Notes: generated by a model from the letters alone, not told the origin. A DNA stretch of 64,000 bases from Candidatus Limnocylindria bacterium (GCA_035493435.1 DATJII010000286.1:2463-66462), one strand, 5' to 3'. Shown: positions 54,591 through 64,000, numbered from the stretch's first letter. Numbers and translations: made by a program.

Positions 54591-56330
54591 ATGATGGGAA
54601 GCAACAGGGAAGCCCACGCGAAGATTCGCCAGGCAGTGCTACTGGCGGCAACCGTCGCTGGGCTTGGCGCGTCAGTCCACGCCGAGCCAGTCACGGTTCA
54701 GAATTACGAGGAGGCATCGTCCCTTCCTGTTCCATGGGTGGTGAACATGCCCAACGAGAATGCCGTGGTCCGAATGTCGATCGACCATCCGCAGGCAGGG
54801 CAGGGATGCGTAAAACTGCACTACCGTTTCACCGACAGTGGCAAGTTCCAGTATCTGGGAATCCCGAACAAAGTAACCTTGCGCGCTGAGTCTCACACGC
54901 TTCGGTTTTGGCTGCGGGGTGACAATTCGAAGGTTTCCTATGGCCTGCAGGTCAGCGACGCCAGCGGCGAAACGCACCAGTATGGCAAGAACTCCGGCCA
55001 AGGCGGCGTGGTCGATTTCAATGGCTGGAAAGAGATCATCATCGATTTGGATTCCGGTCATGAAAAGTGGGGTGGGGACAAGAATGGCAAGTTGGATTAT
55101 CCGATAACCTCCATTGTCTACACCGTTGGGCAACCGATGGAAAATGGGAGGGCAATGGCTGCGGAAGGCGACCTTTCCTTTGATTCCCTGAGCCTTGATC
55201 CCAGCAAATATGTAGGCCCACAGATAGCGGTATTGTCGCCGGATTACTGCGTAACCCTGGAAGGGAACACCCCTATATCGCTGTCAGCGCCGGGCTTCCC
55301 CAGTGTCACGGCCCGTTGCTGGAAACAGGGGGACGGCTTTGGCGTGGATGCCATTGTCGCCGAAGTCATCCTGGATGCGGAGGGCAAGGGCAGTTTCGTG
55401 TTTCCCGCGAAGGACTACCCGCATGGACCGGTCACTTTGCGGATTATTGGGGAGAACGGTTCGGCGAAGGACACGTGCTATTTCCAATTGTATAATCAAG
55501 GTGGGGTATCCTGGAACGAAGGCCAGCCCAAGGACCCGCCCCAGGCAGCGGGTATGAAACTTGTGTTCGCCGATGATTTTGACAGTCCGTTGTCCATTTC
55601 CACCACGGATACGAACGCCGTGTACTTCGATCATAAGCCCGGCGGGGGTGATTTCAGCACCTTACCTTTCAGCGGATACCACTCGGCAAAGAATCCGTTC
55701 CAACAGGTGGGAACCTATCTGCGTATCCGGGCCAGCGAGAAGGACCACAGCGCCGGCCTGATTTCCTCACTCAGGAACGATGGACGTGGCATCAAGGCTG
55801 GCATTCCGTGCTACTTCGAATGCCGTTTCCTGGGGCCCAACGCGATTGGCACCTGGCCGGCCTTTTGGCTGATGTCGGACTGGGAGCACCCGCAAGGACA
55901 CCAGGGGCCTTGCGACGAGTTGGATATCATCGAAGCCTACGGCGGCGAGGGGCCACATGAACCAAATGCCCATGACCGATACGGCATCACGCCGCACGCG
56001 TGGAATCAAGGTGACGCAGGAAAGGCGATTGAGACTGCGGCCCAACATGAAAGCCGCAGCCCAGTGTCCATGAAGAAGGCTGGAATACCCTCTACGTGGT
56101 ATGAGACCTTCCACGTCTACGGATGCCTGGTGACCGAAACCGACACGGTCTACTATTGCGACAACCGGGAAATCGCCCGGCACAAGACCATGCCGGTGAG
56201 CAAGCAGCGCCCCTTTTTCTTTATGATCAACTTGGCCACGGGTGGCGGCTGGCCCGTGGATCTCTCACGATATAATGGCCGCGCCGATATGTACGTGGAC
56301 TATGTGCGGTTGTACCAGGGGAGGCCCTGA
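54591..56330 (+). CDS. Secreted glycoside hydrolase family 16 protein with N-terminal CBM-like domain
   Basis: Signal peptide. C-terminal WPAFWLMS....ELDIIEAYGG matches the GH16 E-x-D-x-x-E catalytic motif. Confidence 0.8.
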   Translation: MMGSNREAHAKIRQAVLLAATVAGLGASVHAEPVTVQNYEEASSLPVPWVVNMPNENAVVRMSIDHPQAGQGCVKLHYRFTDSGKFQYLGIPNKVTLRAESHTLRFWLRGDNSKVSYGLQVSDASGETHQYGKNSGQGGVVDFNGWKEIIIDLDSGHEKWGGDKNGKLDYPITSIVYTVGQPMENGRAMAAEGDLSFDSLSLDPSKYVGPQIAVLSPDYCVTLEGNTPISLSAPGFPSVTARCWKQGDGFGVDAIVAEVILDAEGKGSFVFPAKDYPHGPVTLRIIGENGSAKDTCYFQLYNQGGVSWNEGQPKDPPQAAGMKLVFADDFDSPLSISTTDTNAVYFDHKPGGGDFSTLPFSGYHSAKNPFQQVGTYLRIRASEKDHSAGLISSLRNDGRGIKAGIPCYFECRFLGPNAIGTWPAFWLMSDWEHPQGHQGPCDELDIIEAYGGEGPHEPNAHDRYGITPHAWNQGDAGKAIETAAQHESRSPVSMKKAGIPSTWYETFHVYGCLVTETDTVYYCDNREIARHKTMPVSKQRPFFFMINLATGGGWPVDLSRYNGRADMYVDYVRLYQGRP

Positions 56331-56337
56331 GACCCCT

Positions 56338-57654
56338 TCACGCCATGGTTTCCCGCGGGCGGCGGGCCTCGCACTCTTGCAGGCGGCGTGCCAGCAAGTC
56401 TTGCTCGGATTTTATATCGGTTAACTTGATCGCCTTGCGAAGATGGTTCGCGGCGGCTTCATGGTTGCCGAGTTGCGCCTCAAATTCCGCAAGTACCGCG
56501 TAAAACAGGTAGTAAGAATCGAGCGATTGGCCGTCGGCGATCGCCCGCACCGTCTTGATGCCTTCGGCCGGGCCATGCACCTGGGCGACGGCGACCGCGC
56601 GATTCAAGGCCACGACGGGCGAATCGTCCACCTGGATGAGTTGATTATATAGTGACAGGATCTGCGGCCACTGCGTCGATTCGTAGTCCTTCGCGCTGCA
56701 GTGGCAGGCGGCGATTCCCGCCTGGAAATGGTATTCGCTCAGTTCCGCACCGGCGGCGGAGTACGCCAGGTGATAGATGCCGCGGCCAATCATGACCCGG
56801 TCCCATTTCGTTCGATCCTGCTCCGCCAGGCGCAATAAGTTGCCTTCCGAATCAGTGCGGGTCTGCAGGCGGGCACCGTTCAGCAGCATCAAGGCGGCGA
56901 GAGCGTGGACCCGGGGAGCGTTTCCCACCGGATGTCTCGCCAGCAGTTCCGTGAGACGGATGGCTTCGCGGCAAAGGTCTTCACGGACCAGGCTGTCGCC
57001 GCTGGAAGCTTTATAACCCTCGTTGAACAGCAGGTAGAGCGATTGCAGGACGCCGTCGAGGCGGGCCGCGGATTCCGCGCCCGACGGGATCTCGAACGGG
57101 ATCCGCAGTTCGCGTATCCGCTGCCGGGCGCGGGTCAGACGCTTGGCAATCGCCGCCTCCGTGGTGAGAAAGGCCTTGGCGATCTCGGCGGGACTGAATC
57201 CGCAAAGCGTCTTCAGCGCCAGGGCCGTCTGCGACTCCTGGGGTATAAGCGGATGGCAACAGGCGAACATCAGCCGCAAACGGCTGTCCGTGATTTCTGA
57301 TTCGAAGGCGGGTGACTCCTCCGTCCCCGCGCTTTCCGACCAGTTCTCGATGAACGTGATGATTTGCGGCTCTTTCGCCTGGAAGAGCTTTTCCCGCCGA
57401 ATCAAATCCAGCGCCAGATTCTTGGCTGTCTGGGTGAGCCAGGCCGCCGGATTCTTGGGAATGCCGTAGTACGGCCACGTTTGCAGGGCCCGGACCAGGG
57501 CCTCCTGAACCACATCTTCCGCCATCTGCAGGCGTTCCAAACCAAAAATGCCGGTCAGTACCGAAACCAGCTTCCCCGATTCTTCGCGGAAAAGGTGATC
57601 GGCCAGGTGGGAGACATCAGTCGGAGGAGCGGACTTGTCCGGGACGTCGTGCAC
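56338..57654 (-). CDS. ECF42-like sigma factor with C-terminal TPR-like extension (DUF6596-type)
   Basis: FREESGKLVSVLTGIFGLERLQMAEDVVQEALVRALQTWP..G.P.NPAAWL.QTAKN.ALD.IRRE, plus an about 250 aa helical C-terminal extension. A GTG start at 57654 avoids a 53 nt overlap with the upstream gene. Confidence 0.85.
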   Translation of the reverse strand: MHDVPDKSAPPTDVSHLADHLFREESGKLVSVLTGIFGLERLQMAEDVVQEALVRALQTWPYYGIPKNPAAWLTQTAKNLALDLIRREKLFQAKEPQIITFIENWSESAGTEESPAFESEITDSRLRLMFACCHPLIPQESQTALALKTLCGFSPAEIAKAFLTTEAAIAKRLTRARQRIRELRIPFEIPSGAESAARLDGVLQSLYLLFNEGYKASSGDSLVREDLCREAIRLTELLARHPVGNAPRVHALAALMLLNGARLQTRTDSEGNLLRLAEQDRTKWDRVMIGRGIYHLAYSAAGAELSEYHFQAGIAACHCSAKDYESTQWPQILSLYNQLIQVDDSPVVALNRAVAVAQVHGPAEGIKTVRAIADGQSLDSYYLFYAVLAEFEAQLGNHEAAANHLRKAIKLTDIKSEQDLLARRLQECEARRPRETMA

Positions 57655-57658
57655 AGAT

Positions 57659-58084
57659 TTACGCCGGGGTTCCAGCGAGCTGTTGGGCCTGGGCGGCTGC
57701 TTCCTGGGCACGTTCCATCATGGCGCAACGTTCAGCAACCACACGGACTTCCACCTGGATGCCGTAGTCAAGCCCGGGACATTGCTGGGCAATCGCCACG
57801 GCTTCGTCCAGGTCCAGGACCTGCAGATAGAAGTAGCCGCCAATGGCTTCCTTGGATTCTGCAAAAGGGCCATCGGCCACTGTGCGGCCTTTCTTGCCGG
57901 AAACGATTTTACCCTCGTTCGTCAAGGGATGGCCCGAGAGCACCTTTCCCTGGTCGATGAGGCCTTGGAACCAGTTGCCCCAATTGGACATGACTTGCTG
58001 GAGTTGTTCCGGGGAGAGTCCCTCGTCCCAGTCGGTGCCGCGGAAGAGCAGCATATAATCGGATTTCGTAGTCGGAGTACCCAT
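57659..58084 (-). CDS. YCII-related (DGPF) domain protein
   Basis: YMLLFRG.DW...LSPEQLQ......W...L...G....G.PL......V.......VADGPFAESKEAIGGYFYL.V.DLDEAVAIAQ.CP. Start at MGTPTT. Confidence 0.85.
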   Translation of the reverse strand: MGTPTTKSDYMLLFRGTDWDEGLSPEQLQQVMSNWGNWFQGLIDQGKVLSGHPLTNEGKIVSGKKGRTVADGPFAESKEAIGGYFYLQVLDLDEAVAIAQQCPGLDYGIQVEVRVVAERCAMMERAQEAAAQAQQLAGTPA

Positions 58085-58119
58085 AGGTTTTGCTTTTGTT
58101 TGATGGAGTGAAGATTCAG

Positions 58120-58524
58120 TCAGGCTGCCGACGCAAGAATTTCCTTGGCGCGGCGGAAAACGGGGCATTCCTCGAGCAACGGCCGGACTTCGATGCTGGT
58201 ACCATAGTCGAGATTGGGGCAGCTCCTGGCGATGGCCACCGCGTCCTCCAAATCCTTGGCTTGGACGACCAGATAACCTCCCACAGCTTCCTTTGATTCG
58301 ACAAATGGGCCGTCGGCGATCATCCGGCCTCGGCGACCTTCGACCGTCGTGCTTTCATCGCCCAAGGGGTGGCCGGACTTGACCTTGCCTTGCTGGTGCA
58401 GCGCGTCAAACCAGCCTACGAGCTGGCCCATGACGTGTTGAAGCTGTTCCGGGGAGAGACCTTTGTCCCAGTGAACGCCACGGAAGAGAAAAATGTATTC
58501 CGATGCCGGAGTCGTACTGCTCAT
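58120..58524 (-). CDS. YCII-related (DGPF) domain protein, paralogue
   Basis: YIFLFRGVHWDKGLSPEQLQ....IADGPFVESKEAVGGYLVVQAKDLEDAVAIARSCP. Confidence 0.85.
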   Translation of the reverse strand: MSSTTPASEYIFLFRGVHWDKGLSPEQLQHVMGQLVGWFDALHQQGKVKSGHPLGDESTTVEGRRGRMIADGPFVESKEAVGGYLVVQAKDLEDAVAIARSCPNLDYGTSIEVRPLLEECPVFRRAKEILASAA

Positions 58525-58948
58525 GAATGCCTTTCTCGTTGCGAATTTCGATTCACTTCATCACTACGACGAACGAGCAGACGCGTTCAGGACATCTGGG
58601 AGAAAAAGACACCACAAATCTCCCCAGTCGTCCACGGGTTTGTGCTGAAGAAGCGAGGAGTCCGCCGCTGCGAGCGCTCTCCTGGGAAAGTTAGGGGCCA
58701 AAGGGTTTTTTGAGGTCGAGTGTGCATCGGGGAAGGGTTTGCCAGCGCACGCGAGGAGGTTCCTGCCCTCGTTGCCACTGGAGATCGCCTTCGCCTCAGA
58801 GGGACATCAACGGTCGCGGGTCCGCCTTGCGATCGTTTGCTGACTCAGGAAACGGGACGCTCCAAGTCTCAAATCGGTTGCTGGAACCAGTCCTTGGATG
58901 GTTATTTTCACCACATTTACAGAATTAAAACTTTAATTGTCGATACGA

Positions 58949-59887
58949 ATGTGCTATATATGGCGACTGAAGTTATTTATTCGTGGTATTGCCGTCCCGT
59001 TCGGGATGGCCTTGATTGCCCCCCTTGCCTTGACGGCGGCGGGGCCGGCGCCGATTGACTTGCGTTCGGCCGCACATTTCACCGTCCTGGCCACGGCAAC
59101 CACCACCACTACGGGCGGTGGAACGATTGCTGGAGATGTTGGTCTTTCCCCTGCCGGCTCGCAGGGGATCCCGCCCGGCCAGATTCACGGGTCGATTTAT
59201 AACGGTGGTCCTATAGCCGCCCAGGCTGCGCTTGACCTGAACTCGGCGATTATAGCATCCAGCCCGGCCCAACTTCCAGGGGGTATCAATGTCGGGGCGG
59301 AACTCGGCGGCAAAACCCTGGCCGGTGGCGTTTATGCCTCTCCGTCGGGCGCGTATAATATTACCTCGGTCGACCTCACGCTGAATGGCGGTCCGAACGA
59401 CGTCTGGGTATTCCAAATGGCAAGCACCCTCACGGTGGGTGTCGGCCGCCAGGTCATCCTGACCGGAGGAGCCCAAGCAAGGAACGTGTTCTGGCAGGTG
59501 GGCAGTTCGGCAACCTTGGGTACCTCTTCGGTGTTCAAAGGTACTGTCATGGCCTATGCCTCCATCTCCATGAATGCCAGTTCAAGGCTGCAAGGCCGGG
59601 CTCTCGCGCAGACGGGGGCGGTGACTTACAACGGTGACGGGGGCAGCCTGCCGATTCCGGAGGCACCGCGGTTTACCGACATATCTAAAATCGGCGGTGG
59701 CGCGATGCGGATCGCCTTGGGCACCACACCCTATTTCACCGTGACGATGCAAGTTAGCACCAACCTGGCGTTTCCCAACTGGACCTCCGTGGCCTCGATC
59801 ACCCCGAGTACCGCGTCCTGGGTGCTAACCAATGGGACTGCGGCAAACGCCCAATTTTACCGGGCTTTCATCGCCAATCCAGAGTGA
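58949..59887 (+). CDS. Secreted DUF3494 ice-binding-protein-like beta-solenoid with C-terminal F/Y-Y-R module
   Basis: AAHFTVLA....T..G.T.I.GDVG..P; LAGGVY....A..I....LTL.G....VWVFQ..S.L......V.L.GGA.A.NVFWQVGSSATLG..S.FKGTV.A..SI....S.L.GR.LA. Ends NAQFYRAFIANPE. Confidence 0.8.
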   Translation: MCYIWRLKLFIRGIAVPFGMALIAPLALTAAGPAPIDLRSAAHFTVLATATTTTTGGGTIAGDVGLSPAGSQGIPPGQIHGSIYNGGPIAAQAALDLNSAIIASSPAQLPGGINVGAELGGKTLAGGVYASPSGAYNITSVDLTLNGGPNDVWVFQMASTLTVGVGRQVILTGGAQARNVFWQVGSSATLGTSSVFKGTVMAYASISMNASSRLQGRALAQTGAVTYNGDGGSLPIPEAPRFTDISKIGGGAMRIALGTTPYFTVTMQVSTNLAFPNWTSVASITPSTASWVLTNGTAANAQFYRAFIANPE

Positions 59888-59940
59888 CCTCCGGAATCGA
59901 GTGGTCGGCGGCTGGCAGGGGCGCGTGGCCGCCGGCGCTC

Positions 59941-61086
59941 CTATTCCACGACCAACGGTTCTTTGATGCCGGAAATCTTGGCAAAATTGTGCAACCGTTG
60001 GAGGAGGACTGAAGAAATCTGGGTCTTAGCCTTCACGATGAGCATGTCGTTGGAGGTTCGCACATCTTCTGCCAGCACCATTCCGGTAAGAATCTCGCTC
60101 AGTTTCAAATGCCGGATGGTGCCAAAGAAAGGTGCGGGGAAGGCTGAGTTTTCCGGGTCGCTTAGGGCAGCCTCAAGGATCCTGGGATCGTACCAGCCAT
60201 TCCGGGAATTCATGGCCAGCTTGATTTCGTGTTCCGGCAGGCCGGACTCCCGCAGGTCCAGGCGATCGTTCAGCACCTTTAGGATGCGCGAACCCAAGGG
60301 AATATCTTCCCCCCGCAACTCATCCTTCGGATTGCCCGAACCATCATAATTCTTGGTTTGGAGGCGGATGATTTCACCGATGGTGTCCAACCGTGGGATA
60401 TTGACCAACAACCGGGAAGCCGCATCGGAGGCGCCTTCGATGATCTCGCTTTCATGCTTTGAGAGCGGCAGTCCGGCTTTGGATTTCTTCAATACGTCCG
60501 GCGGCACGGTAATGCAACCGATGGTGGACAGCATGGCGGCTACCTCAAAAATCCACAAATCACCAAGATTTCGCGCCGTGACAAACTGCCGCATGTCGTC
60601 GCGCAGGACTTGGGACCGGCCAAACGAGATGGGATCAACGCTCGAAAGCAACTCCATCAGCATTCGAATGCACCCGTTTAAGGTGCGCTCGAGGAGTTCC
60701 TTTTCAGCCCGTACCAGACGGTATTGTTTGGCCGCCGCTTCGAGCGCCAGCATGAGGTTTTCCGGCGTGCAGGGCTTGGAAAGGAAACGAAAGATATTGC
60801 CCCGGTTTACCGCCGCGGTGGCGATCCGAAGATCGGGAAAACCCGTAAGCATCATTCGGATGGTATCGGGCGCCAGTTCCGCCGCCTTGCTTAGGAATTC
60901 CAGCCCTGACATGCCAGGCATGTGCATATCCGAAATAACTACGGCATAGGGACCGTGGCTTTTCATCCGTTGCAAGGCCTCTTCACCACCGGTCGCTGTC
61001 TCGACCGAAAAATTCTGGTGCAGCGTGCGTTTCGCACTCGCGAGGATGTTTGGGTCGTCATCCACTATGAGTACGTTTTCTTTCAT
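59941..61086 (-). CDS. Response regulator: REC domain plus degenerate HD-GYP-like output domain
   Basis: REC: VLIVDDDPN...VISDMHMPGMSG...LSKP. Output domain aligns to HD-GYP but reads LSTIG instead of LHDIG, and QTKNYDGSGNP instead of HHERWDGSGYP. Confidence 0.8.
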   Translation of the reverse strand: MKENVLIVDDDPNILASAKRTLHQNFSVETATGGEEALQRMKSHGPYAVVISDMHMPGMSGLEFLSKAAELAPDTIRMMLTGFPDLRIATAAVNRGNIFRFLSKPCTPENLMLALEAAAKQYRLVRAEKELLERTLNGCIRMLMELLSSVDPISFGRSQVLRDDMRQFVTARNLGDLWIFEVAAMLSTIGCITVPPDVLKKSKAGLPLSKHESEIIEGASDAASRLLVNIPRLDTIGEIIRLQTKNYDGSGNPKDELRGEDIPLGSRILKVLNDRLDLRESGLPEHEIKLAMNSRNGWYDPRILEAALSDPENSAFPAPFFGTIRHLKLSEILTGMVLAEDVRTSNDMLIVKAKTQISSVLLQRLHNFAKISGIKEPLVVE

Positions 61087-61345
61087 GGATTCAGTGATTC
61101 AATGGTCATGAACGGGCACTAAACATGTCTGGCAGGACTAGCGGCCCGCCGTCCCGGCAGTATCATCGTGCGCAGGCCTGTGGCGTCAAACGATTCCGTT
61201 CCTAGGGTAACGATTGGGACGGTTGAACTCCCGATGCTTAGTTCCGTGCAAGGTGCATGAGATGAAGGGGGGAGTAAAGAGATCCTCGCGGGTCCGGGAG
61301 CCAATCGGCCACGAAAGGGTGTTCGTTGGGCGGGGCAGGCGGGGG

Positions 61346-63331
61346 TCATGATCTAAAAAGCGGCAAAGAAATGATAAAACTGGTCCCCACACCTGTTTCT
61401 GTTTCGAAGGTCAGTTGACCGCCATGTTGTTCTACAATGACCGATCGGGAGATGGCCAGGCCTTGTCCGGTTCCTTTTCCGATCGGCTTGGTGGTGAAGT
61501 AAGGTTCGAAAATCCGATCCCTGATGCCGGCTGGAATCCCAAGGGCATTGTCCGTGATACGTATTTCCACGGCATCGGCCAGGAGGCGGCTGGTGATTTT
61601 TATACGGCCCTTGGAATAACGGCCCGCGGCGATGGCGTCTTCGATCGCGTGGGCGGCGTTCACCAGCAGGTTGAGGAGCACTTGGTTGAATTCACCCGGA
61701 AAACAGGGGGTAAACGGAAGGTCTGGGCTGAGATCGAACTCCAGATCTGCCGCATATTTCCAGACGTTGCGCGCCACCATGACCGTCGTATCGAGTGCAC
61801 GATTGATGTCCACGGGCGCTTTGTCCCGCGTACCCGGGTGCGAGAATTCCTTCATCGCGCGAACGATCCGGGAGACTCTTTCGATGCCTTCTGTGGTCTG
61901 GTCTATGGCCTGGGGGATTTCGGTCTGAAGGTATTCCAGTTCGGCTTTGGCCACCTGCTGTTTGATACTTCCCACGAGCTCGCCAGTAACGGAATTCGTG
62001 TCTACCGCGTGAAGCAGTTCGAGTAATTTTCCCAGGAGCGGATTGATCTGGGCAAATGAATCGCGCAGAAACCGGGTGTTGTCGCCAATGAACTGGGTAG
62101 GGGTATTTATTTCGTGGGCAATGCCGGCGGCCAACTGCCCGATGGCCTCCACCTTTTGCGCCTCGCGCAACTGGACTTCAAGCAGCCGGCGTTGGTGTTC
62201 GGCTTCCCGCAATTGGGTGATATTATTGGTGATCGCGATGAAATGCGTGATGCCGTGTTGGCCGTGCCTGATGGGAGAGAGCCAAAGATCGCTCCAGTAC
62301 TGGCTGCCATCCTTTTGGAAAACCTTTACGATGAGGCGTGCCTCCGCTTCCGTGTCAAAGGCCTGGGATATTTTTCCCGCCCCTTCCGGATCGGCTATAA
62401 ACATCTCCAAAAAGGGAAGATGCTCTTCGGTGACGCCTCGTGCGGCAAATCCGGTGTCCTTGCGGAACGCCGCGTTGCAGTAGATCACGGCGTGCCCCGG
62501 GAATCGCGCATCCAGTATCGCAATTCCGTTGCCGCTTGCCTGTACCGCGAGATCGAGGAGAAAGAGCGATTCCGCCCTGCGCTTGTTTTCCGTGACGTCC
62601 CGAGCCGTGGTGGAAAGGAAATCCACTGTTCCAGCGACAGTCCGGTGCGCGACGATGATCTGGGTGACCAATAGTTCCCGGCCGCTGTGGCTCCTCCAAG
62701 TGCTCTCGCCCTGCCACATCCCGTGCTGTTTGGCCAGTTCGAGCACCTGGCTCGTCGGAAGTCCGTTGATATCGTCCGGGCGAATTCCCGAGAGCGATAA
62801 CTGCGGATCGAGCCCCCGGTTTTCCAGGTCCAGCATGGCCAATCCTGCGCGATTGATCTCCAGGATTGTTCCGTCGGGGTTGGCGGTAGCCACAAAGTCC
62901 GGGGTCGCCTCCAATACTGAAAGAAGGCGGGCTCGTGCGGCGTCCATCTTTCGCTGGATGGAGGCGTGTTTGCGCATCCGGGCATTAATGGCCGAGACCA
63001 GAGTCTCCGGGCTGAAGGGCTTCAGCAGGAAATCATCGGCACCCAAGTCCATGCTCTGGCGCATGACCTGTTGATCGCCTTTGCCGGTCATCATGATGAC
63101 CGGAGTATCCTCAAAAGCTGGATCCGACTTCAGCGCCGAAAGGGCCTCAAATCCGCTGTGACTTCCCAAGTCGACGTCGCAAAGGATCAGATCGGGTAGG
63201 ATCCTGCGCGCAATTCCCGCCGCGTTGGTTCCGGACTCGGTCTCGATCGTGTGAAACCCATGAGTGCGCAGGACGATGGATATCGCCCGGCTTAGGCTCA
63301 GGTCGTCTTCGATGACCAAGGCGGTAGGCAT
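61346..63331 (-). CDS. Hybrid sensor: N-terminal REC, 2x PAS, HisKA, HATPase_c histidine kinase
   Basis: REC (LVIEDDLS...ILCDVDL...LLKPF). PAS blocks. H-box AAGIAHEINTP. N box LLNLLVNAAHA. G boxes DNALGI and GKGTGQGLAIS. Confidence 0.85.
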   Translation of the reverse strand: MPTALVIEDDLSLSRAISIVLRTHGFHTIETESGTNAAGIARRILPDLILCDVDLGSHSGFEALSALKSDPAFEDTPVIMMTGKGDQQVMRQSMDLGADDFLLKPFSPETLVSAINARMRKHASIQRKMDAARARLLSVLEATPDFVATANPDGTILEINRAGLAMLDLENRGLDPQLSLSGIRPDDINGLPTSQVLELAKQHGMWQGESTWRSHSGRELLVTQIIVAHRTVAGTVDFLSTTARDVTENKRRAESLFLLDLAVQASGNGIAILDARFPGHAVIYCNAAFRKDTGFAARGVTEEHLPFLEMFIADPEGAGKISQAFDTEAEARLIVKVFQKDGSQYWSDLWLSPIRHGQHGITHFIAITNNITQLREAEHQRRLLEVQLREAQKVEAIGQLAAGIAHEINTPTQFIGDNTRFLRDSFAQINPLLGKLLELLHAVDTNSVTGELVGSIKQQVAKAELEYLQTEIPQAIDQTTEGIERVSRIVRAMKEFSHPGTRDKAPVDINRALDTTVMVARNVWKYAADLEFDLSPDLPFTPCFPGEFNQVLLNLLVNAAHAIEDAIAAGRYSKGRIKITSRLLADAVEIRITDNALGIPAGIRDRIFEPYFTTKPIGKGTGQGLAISRSVIVEQHGGQLTFETETGVGTSFIISLPLFRS

Positions 63332-63609
63332 GCACTAAAACGCAGGCGAGGAACGAAGTTGGATGGTAGGAGACGCTGGATGGCGGTGAAAAATCAAGCC
63401 CCGGAAAAGGAGGGCAAAGAGTGGCAGTGGCCTGGCCACGTTGAAAAGCGGTCCATGCCAAATTGGCTTGGACACCGCTGTTTTGTCGGCAGCCGGAGAG
63501 AACCGCGCCAAGGATGCATGGTCTCACATCGGCATCCGTTGGCGTTGGCTTGAGGCTGTCTAGGTTCCGCTCGGGCCGAATTCACCTCTTGGGCCGGCGC
63601 AACGCGGCG

Positions 63610-64000
63610 TCAATACCAAGGGCGAAGTCGCAGTTCGATGCCCAGATCCGTCCCCAATTGCTGGCGCAAGGTCTGGAAATTGGCCAATGAACCGTCCTGG
63701 TTACGATAGTGGTAGGGGTAGACGATGCGGGGCCTGAATTCCCGGAGTGCGCTCGCCGCTTTGGTCACCGTCATGGTGAACGGGACATTCATGCACACAA
63801 ACGCGACATCGATGTTTCGCAAGGCGCGCATCTCGGGTACGTCGTCGGTGTCGCCGGTGAGGTACACGCGCAGCCCACCCAGAGAAAGGACATAGCCATT
63901 TCCCGAGCCTTTGGGATGATTGGAGTTATAGGCCGCAATGGCATCCACTGGAATCCCCAGGGCATTGGTGCTGGCACCATTGGACAGCGACATTGTCCGG
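63610..64000 (-). CDS. MBL-fold metallo-hydrolase, C-terminal half (5' end probably outside the window)
   Basis: GYVLSLGGLRVYLTGDTDD...DVAFV.MN.PFTM....A......F.P..V.P.HY matches the distal half of Lactamase_B_3-type proteins. No HxHxDH motif is present, and the frame is open to the window edge. Confidence 0.55.
   Translation of the reverse strand, partial: RTMSLSNGASTNALGIPVDAIAAYNSNHPKGSGNGYVLSLGGLRVYLTGDTDDVPEMRALRNIDVAFVCMNVPFTMTVTKAASALREFRPRIVYPYHYRNQDGSLANFQTLRQQLGTDLGIELRLRPWY

Noticed and set aside
59906-59934. Possible hairpin (cggcggc ... gccgccg) between the convergent DUF3494 and response-regulator genes.
   Set aside because: It has only a 7 bp GC stem with a 15 nt loop and no U-tract. 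This is easily expected by chance in GC-rich DNA.
1-64000. CRISPR arrays, rRNA/tRNA genes and known defence systems (restriction-modification, CBASS, Gabija, toxin-antitoxin etc.).
   Set aside because: I saw no regularly spaced short direct repeats and no rRNA- or tRNA-like sequences. None of the translations has hallmark nuclease, ATPase, cyclase or methylase motifs.

Overview
GC-rich 64 kb chromosomal segment with about 55 protein-coding genes. I found no rRNA, tRNA, CRISPR array, integrase or transposase. The gene content suggests a Verrucomicrobiota-like (possibly Planctomycetota-like) polysaccharide degrader; this is an inference. The supporting content is a PEP-CTERM protein, a prepilin-type H-X9-(D/A)G protein, a giant lamin-tail/CotH protein, four ECF-type sigma factors and many secreted CAZyme-like proteins (GH76, GH16, esterases, beta-helix). 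Housekeeping genes (hemB, argD, hisH, rlmN) occupy the first 9 kb, and an about 80 bp inverted-repeat (REP-like) element family lies in their 3' gaps. The most unusual regions are listed here. (1) A lower-GC island at about 29.2-32.0 kb holds 4-5 same-strand cytoplasmic ORFans that I cannot assign to any family, one split by a T7 homopolymer frameshift. (2) An ECF sigma factor is fused through a transmembrane segment to a SecD P1-head-like domain. It converges on a tightly packed operon of pseudopilin-like protein, orphan TupA-like binding protein and two paralogous secreted proteins. (3) A LamG protein and a 1.86k-aa LTD/CotH protein share a C-terminal module ending in F/Y-Y-R, which also ends two other secreted proteins in the window. 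(4) Three tandem HGSNAT/DUF5009-like acyltransferases lie downstream of a coupled hypothetical/ECF sigma/anti-sigma operon. (5) An ECF42-like sigma factor follows two DGPF/YCII genes. (6) A REC/degenerate HD-GYP regulator sits next to a REC-PAS histidine kinase. All functional calls rest on motifs I read in the supplied translations. No database search was possible.
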